Shown in pieces: positions 53,941 through 64,000 of a stretch of DNA of 64,000 nt; positions within the stretch are counted from its first letter, which is position 1; each line of letters opens with the position of its first letter. The notes beneath the pieces are model-generated. The model saw only the letters and a list, made by a program, of their open reading frames with translations. It ran no database searches and was not told the DNA's origin. The translations under genes were made by a program, and so were the position numbers. The stretch comes from Octopus sinensis (lineage: Eukaryota): contig NC_043002.1 in the NCBI RefSeq assembly GCF_006345805.1, positions 61,814,001 to 61,878,000 of the forward strand. The letters are read 5' to 3'.

Positions 53941-54419
53941 TTCGTATTATCTTATTTTTGTGTTAGATTATGATATATGACATCCCATCGATTACTATAA
54001 CTTTATATTCACTGTTTTTCAAAACACAATAATGTATTCATGCTAAAGTATCACTAATTCATGTATAGCGTACAATATAAAAATCGTTCTGTTATTTATT
54101 CGTAACAGTCTCAATTTCGTATTTCGCATGCGACACATTCACAATTTTTCAGTTCATTAGATATTTACCAACGATCATTCCTACGATAATTAAAAGGAGA
54201 ATAATGTTGGGAGGGGGGATAATCGATTCATCACATTAAACATTTGATTCGTACTTATTTTTTCGACTTCGAAAGGATAAGTGATTATTTTGTTTTAGGA
54301 AAGTGCCACACGCCAGTCTATATTGAAGTCTCGTTCTCCGTGATTCGTAAAATCGGAAAAAAGAGCAGATTCTCCATCCTTTATCTTACACACACACAGA
54401 CACACGCGCGCGCATATAT

Positions 54420-54478
<59 letters not shown>

Positions 54479-54504
54479 GAGAGAGAGAGAGAGAGAAAGA
54501 AAGA

Positions 54505-54795
54505 AAGAGAGATAAGATGAAATATCACAGAAGATTTGTTTTACAGGATTTAAGAGTATATTAGAGCCATGATGATAAGATATACAATTTTGTACAAAAC
54601 TAGTGATCTAGTGATTATCAAACGACCATAACGGGTTATTACCCAGAAACCCAGGTCCTTACTTCAATTATGTTGAATGAAGAAGACCCGATTTTATACA
54701 AAATAGTATAATGTCATTATTATCATATCTATAATATAATCATAAATCCTGTAAAACAAATCTGTGTTTTTTAATGATCTTTTCTCTTTCTCTAT
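54505..54795. mobile_element. MITE-like element with long imperfect inverted repeats
   Basis: AGATTTGTTTTACAGGATTTA (54532-54552) is the exact reverse complement of 54743-54763; similarity extends ~25 bp each way. Confidence 0.6.
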
Positions 54796-54869
54796 ATCCA
54801 CCACGCGTGTTTCCGCATTAAAGTATTTTCTACCTTACACACATACACACACATACACACATATATACA

Positions 54870-54986
54870 TCTAAATATATATATGTATATATGTATATAT
54901 GTATGTATATATATGAGTGTATGTATATATATATTATATATATATATATATATGTATATCTGATATGTTTATATATTTATATATAC

Positions 54987-55078
<92 letters not shown>

Positions 55079-55115
55079 GTTTGTGTATGTATATATATAT
55101 ATATTTGTGTATGCA

Positions 55116-55155
<40 letters not shown>

Positions 55156-55215
55156 TATATATACATATATATATATGTGTGTGTGTGTTTGTGTATAATG
55201 TATATCTGTATATAT
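54870..55215. repeat. Long compound (TA)n/(TG)n tract
   Basis: Direct reading. Confidence 0.97.
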
Positions 55216-55486
55216 ATCCACATGGTAGATTTGAGTTTTAAAATTATTCAAGTGAAGCCGCTACTCTTTCAGACAACTGAATACTAGAACAAATTTCTTG
55301 ATATTAAATGTGTTGAGAAGACGAATTTATTACCGTTTTTTCTCAAACTCCAATACCAATATTCAGATATTGCTCTCTATCAAACTTGAAAACTATTGCG
55401 CGGGAGCCTACACATGCACTTTTATATAGTGATTCGATCAGCTGGATATGCCAGCTACATTCCTCTCTATTACTGATGTTGTAAAA

Positions 55487-56072
55487 GGCGGCGAGCTGGC
55501 AGAAACTTTAGCACGCCGGGCGAAATGCGTTCTGAGTTCAAATTCCGCCGAGGTCGACTTTGCCTTTCATCCTTTCGCGATCGATTAAATAAGTACCAGT
55601 TACGCACTGATGTCGATATGATCGACTTAATCCGTTTGTCTGTCCTTGTTCGTCCCCTCTATGTTTAGCCCCTTGTGGGTAGTAAAGAAATAGGTATTTC
55701 GTCTGTCTTTACGTTCTGAATTCAAATTCCGCCGAGGTCGACTTTACCTTTCATCTTTTCGGGAACGATAAATTAAGGACAAGTAGCGTACAGAGGTTAA
55801 TCTAATCGACTGGACTCTTCACCCAAATTTCGGGCCTTGTGCCTAGAGTAGAACAGATTTTAATGGCGGTGAGCTAGCAGAAATGTTAGCACGCCGGGCG
55901 AAATTCTTAGCAGTATTTTGTCTGCCATTATGTTCTGAGTTCAAATTCCACCGAAGTCGACTTTGCCTTTCATCCTTTCCGGGTTGATAAATTAAGTACC
56001 AGTTATGTACTGAGTCGATCTAATCGACTGCCCCCCTTACCCCAAATTTCGGGCCTTGTGCCTAGAGTAGAA
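55487..56072 (+). mobile_element. SINE family B trimer
   Basis: Unit 1 55487-55692 (internal deletion, tail 1), unit 2 headless 55692-55855 (tail 2), unit 3 55864-56072 (tail 2). Confidence 0.92.
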
Positions 56073-56734
56073 TAGAGCAGTGTGAAAGAAAGGCGAAATT
56101 GTATGTTTATTATAAAAAAAGATCAAGCATTTGTTAGGTAACTCTAGCGTACTTTGTATCATAAGGAAATTTGATTTCAATGTCGTGTTCACGCTTACTA
56201 ATTAAATTTTCTCACAGAAATTTACTTTTCATCACGAGCGAATTGCATGTAATACTACAGATGTTAATTTAGAGTGGAAACACCGCTTTCACTGCTACCA
56301 TTACACCATTGTTTATAGCTGTTAATCTTCATCTCCGTGTGTTTTTATTTTCTTGTGTACTTCTTTTCCCCTGTATTTTGAAGTATCGTTGCTCGTTGCC
56401 ATTTATCTCCCCATCAACTCTATGTTTCAGAAGCCCCTCTTCTAGTAATTTTATATAGGACTACAGTTCCTAATCTGATCTTTATTTCTTAAGCTAACAG
56501 CATGTGATTTAAAAGAGATTTGGTTAATATTTCCAGCGGGTCAAGCCAGAATGTAAATATCTTTTTCGTTTCTCATTGAGTAGATTTTATATCACGGAAA
56601 TACTGAAAACAAGATCTATCATTACTTTTGAGGCTCACCGTTGGCTGTTTTTGCATTCATTTGGTTGGAGTATTTTTTCCCTTGTATTATCAATTCAGGA
56701 ACTTGAAATAATCACCTAAGTATTTTATAAAAGC

Positions 56735-57045
56735 ATGGAGCAGAATATATATACATTTTAAGATACACATATTTTATCATGGATGTTTGGAGAGTTTCTA
56801 TTTAATAATATTTTCCGCTCAAATTCTGGATTGGTTGCTGCCATGTTATTTAATTGAAGCAGTGGACAGTACATATGAATTGCAAGAAGCATAGACACTT
56901 TTATCACGGGTTTTTGGAGTCTTTCTATTTGGAAGAATTTTCCGCTTACATACTGGATTTGAGAATATCATGTTATTTTTCAAAGCGATGGACAGCATAT
57001 ATGTATTGCAAGATATACAGATATTTTATCATGGGTTTTTGAATA
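56735..57045. repeat. Diverged tandem repeat, ~126-bp unit, ~2.5 copies
   Basis: GC..TGGA(G)CAG at 56733/56859/56985; TTTTATCA(T/C)GG, TTTCTATTT, TTTTCCGCT, CTGGATT, CATGTTATTT recur at the same spacing. Confidence 0.85.
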
Positions 57046-58460
57046 GCTTCGTTTATTCTCTCTCTGTTTCTTTTACTTCAGAGATTTTCTGACAAGATCG
57101 TTGTACCACTTCTTTGAAAAATTTCATGGATTTTCTGCTTGCCTAGTTTTCTTGTTATATTTCTTTAAATGTAAGCCTGTTTTTCTTTTTTCCTTCCTGA
57201 AAACATTTTACTTTGTTTAAATTATATATTTAGCTTGATGCTTTTACCAAACCTGTGCATTCAAATGGAATTATTTGATTTTATCCGTTGATTTAATCTT
57301 TCTTTTGCTTCTTTGAATTGTTCTACATTAAAATTTGGTTTCTACAAAGCTTCCTTATTTTTTCGTGGATGATATCGATGTTTTGACTTAGTTTCTGTTA
57401 CTTCAACGATAACACTCGAGTTTTCTTTTGAGAGCAAAATCTACGTGAAAACATGTTTCCATGCTTTAAAAACTCTGTTGCTGCTTTCTTAAAGGTGAAT
57501 GTATTATCGTTCTTATTTACGACATTTGCAATGTCGAATATTCGATGATTTATATCAGATGTACCATATGACAAATACATAACGAGTTTTCTTTTAAATT
57601 ATTTCTAATCCATTCACATGTTGACAAATTACACTACTCTGCCATTATCCATATGAATTGCGCACGAGATTCTGCTTTTGTGTTGTCCACATTCAGTCCC
57701 TTTGTCTTACGCTTTTGTCTAATTTCTATGAGGCTCTATGTATCGAGACACGGTGTATTGGTTCCATACACCGCGAAAGTTCGCTTTACGAATTCATTTA
57801 ATTTCTGGAGGCCTTTCATGACCCGAAAGGTTCATAAACCAAAATTATTTTTCTCAGAAAAAATTCAAGCGAAGGTGCCGAAAATTCGAACACGGATATA
57901 CACTTAATCAAAGTAAGAAGGCAACTGACGCTCTCCACCTGATATACCCAGCTTGTTGCCAACACCATTGTTGCTGGCTTTAGGGTTCATTACTCTAGAT
58001 ACCGTTCATCTTCCGAGACCTTCTATGTTTAATCGTAAATCGAGTTTGTTTTATGATGAGAGGCATTAGTAAACCGCGGTTCCACTACTTATATATTTAT
58101 CAAATTTTGCTATTTTGATAAATATATAAATATATTTTGATTGTTTTCGTTTAACCACAGTTAGCCCTGATGGAGCGTGTATATCATCAAAGATGTTCCA
58201 ACTGTAAATATCACTTCATAATACATTTTGAAATATAGTATTGAACACGGGTTGCGTTGGCTGTTAGAGTGTGTACAGTCTCAGAGATATTTCTCTCTTA
58301 TTTCGAGAAAAATGAGTGGCAGCGTAGATAAACACATTTTTTTTCTCTATTGCGTGATAAATATGTTCCATTATGCCATAATCTTTCCCAGTAAGCATCG
58401 TGTTCCTACTACGTACCTACACACATGCATTCATACTGACAAAGAAATACATACACACAT

Positions 58461-58497
<37 letters not shown>

Positions 58498-58540
58498 TAT
58501 ATGCATATATATATACATATATATATATGCATGTATATAT

Positions 58541-58571
<31 letters not shown>

Positions 58572-60060
58572 TTGTGTGTGTGTGTGTGTATGTGTGTATA
58601 CGTGTTTGTGTAAAAGGGGAGATAGAGACACAAAAAGGAGGAATTTATTCCAACACTTGTATTAAAACTGTTAACTACACACGACTACCAAACATATATA
58701 TATATATATATATACAGATAGAGTGAGAGAGAGAGAGAGAGAAAGAGAGAGCAGAAGGGAAAGAGAGAGAGAAGGAAGAAGGAGGGAAAGTGAGGAATAT
58801 AGATAGACGTAGATATATACGCATGTATGCGTACGTAAATAAAAATATAAACACACACATGTGTATATTCATATATGTATATATATGTATATGAATATAT
58901 GTACATACACATGCAAATACACTACACACACTACACACATATACCCCCATTCACACACATATACACATATATGCACACACTTCCACACACATCCGAGCAC
59001 ACTCACACTCCCACACACACTCACGCACATATATATTCTTATATATTCTTCTGCCAATGTTTTCATTTGTGCATCTATTTCCCTTTTTTTACATTTAATA
59101 ATTTAATAAATTCATAATTTTTATTTGTGTGCCCCCCACACCGCCTTTTTTTTAAGTGAAGTATAGATTCATTTTTTTTTCGACACCGATGTTAATTCAT
59201 TTCGTTTATAATATAGGGATGGCATCATTTAATATTACCGTTTTATTATTATTTATAGCTTGTGGCAATGCTTTACCGCATTCATTTATATATTCACTTT
59301 CGCAGTTATGTTTATTTTTGTGTCACATCGTAATTTACTGCAATGTGATATTTCCCATTTATATTAAATTCCGTTAACAAATTGTGGCTGCGCTTTATTT
59401 ATCGAATCAAAATCTCTTGAGAATTAAAATGACACCAAATCTGAGACACCGATATTTAATACTGATTAAAGTAATTACGACTACTCCCTTTAGAAATGTT
59501 CAGAAACGTTCAAGCTGTCTCCTTTTTATTTCTTCGCATACAATGAACAATGGTGATGTGAGAGCATGATTTATACAAATTTCCAAATTTCCCAGCAATA
59601 TAATGACACACATTTTGACATCCCGCCTGAATTAATTGGCAGTTGTTATCAGTTTCTTTAACTGAGCATTGATCCTAGTTAATTGTTCTTTATAATATTC
59701 AAAATAGATGCGACAGTTTAACCTTTGACTATGATATTCATAATTATTAATGGTTTCAATCAGGAAATGTGATACAAGAGTCAAAACTGTGTATAACTAT
59801 ACATTAGAGGTAAAATCTCCCTAAAACTTCACTTTTCTTATTGGATAATTTTTATCTTCACTTCTTACTGTAGTAACAAAGGACTGTTATCGTAAATATT
59901 GAAACTGCCTCATTTCTGTATCGCAGTTCTAATACTCGGCAATGTAGAGATGTCAAATTGTTTCTCGATAGACAATCTGTACAACCTTTTGGTTGTGTTT
60001 TCTCTTATCTGCCTCTTTAATAATGCCAAGGTTCATTTTCAGAGCGATATATATACCTAT

Positions 60061-60466
60061 CTTTTACTCTTTTACTTGTTTCAGTTATTTGACTGCGGCC
60101 ATGCTGGAGCACCGCCTTTAGTCGAGCAAATAGACCCCAGGACTTATTCTTTGGAAGCCTAGTACTTATTCTATCGGTCTCTTTTGCCGAACTGCTAAGT
60201 TACGGGGACGTAAACACACCACCATCGGACACACAAGCGTATATACGCCCCCACATATATATATACACACACACACCACACACACATATATATATATACA
60301 CCTATATACGACGGGCTTATTTAAGCCTACCAAATCCACTAACAAGGATTTGGTCGGCCCGCGGTTATAGTAGAAGACACTTGCCCAAGGTGCCACGCTG
60401 TGGGAATGAACCCGGAACCATGGGGTTTGCAAGCAAGCTACTTACCACACAGCCACTCCTGCGCCT
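60061..60466 (-). mobile_element. SINE family A, full length
   Basis: Minus strand AGGCGCAGGAGTGGCTGTGTGGTAAG (A box), GGGTTCATTCCC (B box), GTGGCACCTTGGGCAAGTGTC core, tail GACTGAAACAAGTAAAAGAG-like. Confidence 0.93.
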
Positions 60467-62579
60467 TGAGCTTTTTCTCCCTGACAAGAGGTGGCTGACG
60501 AGCAAGTGGTATTACTTAGATTTCACTTAAAAGTAATGTGTACGATGTCAAATAAGATTGTGCATTGATTGGTGCACGATTTTCTTCCAATTCTATGATA
60601 AAGGAAATCAAGTTACGTATATATACGAGGTAAGAAATTTAATTCTTGGCAAATGGTGTTTCATATTTGGCAATGCTAATTTTAAAAAATACAACAAAAG
60701 TATCTTGTACGCAACTGCGTTTCTAAGTTACTAATAACCATAATAATGCAACCGTTGCTGGTATTTATCTGAAAGAAGAAAAACTCGCTGAGAAATATTG
60801 CATACAGACGTAAACAAATAGAGTTGATTTCTTTATACTTTTATTGCGTTACATTGGTTGGAGGGCAAGGGAAATTACTAAAGGTATCTTTATAAAATAA
60901 GTAGAAAGATATATTTTTTCAACACGTAAATGCTGATCAGTATATATAAAAGATAAATTCCTTTGAAGAGCAGAAAAAGAAACTTATATTTGTTTACATA
61001 TCATATAATTTATATGACATCTAGCGTTTCTGGATGAATTTATAAGTTCTAAAATTGCAGAAGATTTTGTCGGTCGGCAGTTTAGATTAAAAGTAGAGCA
61101 CTCTAACCGGATATTAGAGGAGCGTGACTCCGATCGTCATGCTGGTTGCTGACAAAGTTTTCTGCTCTTAAAAGGCTTTTCTCCTTTATACATACTGTTC
61201 AGTATTTACGTGTTGAAAAAATATATCTTGCTACTTGTTCTACAATACATTCAAATACTTCAAAAACAAACTTATGCTTGTTTACATATGACGTATTTTT
61301 ATAAACTTTTTCTTCATATTTTTTTCTGTAAAGTTATAAAAAATGTATTGGATATTTCAGAAACATTTGCTGAATTTGAATATTTCGGCCATTTGTTCTC
61401 TGAATATACCTAAGCATCCGCTTATATTGTGATGTGCAATATCATGCTATGTATTTCATTATGTTAGATTATGCATGTGTCTAATATGCTTATCATGTCT
61501 CCGGTCTTCTAAAATATATAATCGTCAATTCGTATATTTAGTATTCTGCAGTATTTTATTACCTTCATCCGATGTATATTGGTAATTCTATAAGACGTTC
61601 TACCATGAGTTTAAAAAAAAACGCATGAAATGACTAACGCCTTTTAGGAATTTCTATTTATACATTTAATTTTTTAAAGCACCAAAGAATTGATGTTTCA
61701 TTAAAACACCGAATTATTGACGAACACGACTGGAATTATGTTGGACGAAAAAATTTCTTCTTTGCCCAGACCCTTAAAAATACATCTCATAAGTAGAACG
61801 TTGGTATAACGGCACGGAACTTGAGTGAATATATTAGTCAGCGTAATGTCTTGTCATTTAAAGCATGTCTGTATATTCTGTGCACGGGAATAAGCATTCT
61901 TCTTCATCGTTATTGAAATGACGGATATAAATATTACGCTACTTTAATTTATACCTTTGCACAAATTTTATGGTAGTGTACAAATGAAAGAAAACGCTAT
62001 AACAAAGAAAAGGAAAACTTCAGAAGATAAAACATTTTCTGTAGTTATCTCAGATTTAAACTAAATTGACTCGATGTAGATTTAAATGTTGCCGTTCAAA
62101 TTGAATCATTTTTGCATTGTGCTCAAATATTGAAACAATATTCGTTTCATAATATTTCATAGCTTTCACACCTAATCATTTCTTATTTCGATTTTTACAA
62201 GAATTTCTCAAATTTCTGACATCTCTTGTTAATATTATGGCAACCACTTAGAGCAAAGTTGATTATGTCGGATTACGTTTTGCTTTTAGCTGCCAACTAC
62301 AATGTCAATTTATTTCTTTAACTTCTGTTTTCAATAAAGCTGATGGGTTAAAGAATATATACTGAGATATGTGACTCTTTCCTTAATATAAGGAAATGTT
62401 TCACGTGACAAGCATAAAATATTTCAACGTTATCCAAACCAAAATGAACGGAGAAATGTTAGCAATGCAATGCGAAATGCATCAATCGCTAGTCCCCAAA
62501 AATATACACACTTCGCAACATAATGAAATCGTGTGAGTCTGTGTGTGTACAGATACATGTGTATCCGTGTGTTTGTGAA

Positions 62580-62612
62580 TCAACATCATCATCATCATCA
62601 TTTTCATCACCA

Positions 62613-62649
<37 letters not shown>

Positions 62650-62830
62650 TATCATCATCATCATCATCATCATTATTATCATCATCACCATTGCCATCAT
62701 CATAATCATCTTCATCATCAGCTTCATCATCAGTATCATCACCACTACCAACACCACCAAAACCACTACTACCAACACCACCATCAATATCGTCGTCATC
62801 ATCGTTGTCATCGTTGTAAGTGTCATCACA
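62580..62830. repeat. (CAT)n/(CAC)n compound microsatellite
   Basis: Direct reading; source of the poly-His ORF. Confidence 0.95.
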
Positions 62831-63224
62831 GATATGAAGATAATATGAGCAAAATTTTCATCAATATTTTTAATTATGCTTAAACCAGAAATATATATAA
62901 TTCTACACAGGTGTGAACATTTGATAAAACCATTAAAAAAACCATGTATATATCTATGTTTTCTATCTATCTAACGTTCTGTTCCTGTGCCTCAATTTCG
63001 GGACCCAAAATATAATACAGGTCCTGCTATTTATATTAACAACCTTAGACGTTTACATCGGTTTACAGTACTTTTTGCTTTGGTAGGATTGTATACAACT
63101 CTGCCAATGTCTTTAGCGAAAACAAGCACAAGATGGAAAGGTAAGAAACAGATAAAATATTCGACTCTAAGGCATTTTGTAACGTTTATATATGCATACA
63201 AAAATATATACACGTACACATAAA

Positions 63225-63537
63225 TAACTCACACAAACACACACACTCTCACACACCCACATACACACACACATACATAAACACGTGCATACATATAGAT
63301 ACATAGATACATATACATATACACACGCTTATATATATATATGTAAGTATATAAAAGTATATATATATATATATATATATATTTATTTGTGTGTGTGTGT
63401 TTATATGTACGTATGTATAAATATATGTATATATATATACATATGTGTGTATGTGTATAATATATATAGATATATATATATATATGTGCAAATGCATACA
63501 TATATATATATAATTATACATACATGCATATATATAT

Positions 63538-63598
<61 letters not shown>

Positions 63599-63660
63599 CA
63601 TACATACATACATGCATTTATATATATACATACATACATACATACATTTGTACGTACGTA
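63225..63660. repeat. Compound CA/TA/TG/TACA tract
   Basis: Direct reading. Confidence 0.95.
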
Positions 63661-64000
63661 GATGCGTGCATCAGTGATGAAATCCAGAATTTTCTGATAT
63701 CGAAAATGTCTTCGAGTCATTTCCACTGAAATAAATTGAAACATTTGAACTCAATGAATCACCTTCATTTTCTTATTTTACCTGACTGGCGTTTCAATAG
63801 AATCTTTCATAAAAAGCCACAAACCTAATTATCCGCTGATCTGCCTATCTGCATGTCGTTTACAATTTGGCATGTTAACTGGCAAATACGAAGGCTGAAG
63901 CCATAGAAAACCCCTCCGCTCTATGAATGTGATGTGTATATATTTATGAATGTAACCGTATACACACACACACACACAAAATCTCCATCTCGCATATATA

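Noticed and set aside
55487-55560. tRNA-like A and B boxes here and at other SINE heads
   Set aside because: No cloverleaf; they continue into SINE bodies present in many copies, so they are not tRNA genes.
62533-62883. Poly-histidine 116-aa ORF
   Set aside because: Entirely explained by a CAT/CAC microsatellite; no flanking domain or splice context.
63670-63733. Box C (GTGATGA) and two CTGA boxes, suggesting a C/D snoRNA
   Set aside because: No terminal stem or C' box, tight spacing, and only an imperfect rRNA-complementary guide.

Overview
Eukaryotic, visibly AT-rich and very microsatellite-dense DNA. No host protein-coding gene, rRNA, bona fide tRNA gene or CRISPR array can be supported. 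The repeat landscape (two abundant tRNA-derived SINE families, R4/Dong and RTE LINEs, Penelope-like elements, Helitrons, a Tc1/mariner relic) suggests an octopus genome; this is inference from pattern recognition, not a database result. Almost all ORFs in the supplied track are translations of simple repeats. The real coding signal is all transposon-derived: a near full-length decayed R4/Dong retrotransposon (~7840-11250) plus three more Dong fragments, a Penelope-like element 3' half with a GIY-YIG endonuclease (13770-15540), RTE reverse-transcriptase fragments, and a DD37D-like transposase relic (45390-46419). The most interesting layer is non-coding: (i) three different Penelope-type terminal-repeat families carrying minimal hammerhead-ribozyme-like cores with a palindromic ACGT helix III, one with a recurrent non-canonical core, and two inversion junctions falling inside such motifs; (ii) a cluster of (AAT)n-targeted insertions at 49.3-53.7 kb, including a 554-bp ORF-less element that may be mobilised by Dong; (iii) a Dong copy with a twin-priming-like inversion; (iv) recurrent head-to-tail SINE multimers. 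None is demonstrably a new biological system from sequence alone. A few short candidate exons are flagged at low confidence. Coordinates were read by eye and may be off by a few bases, or tens of bases for decayed ends.
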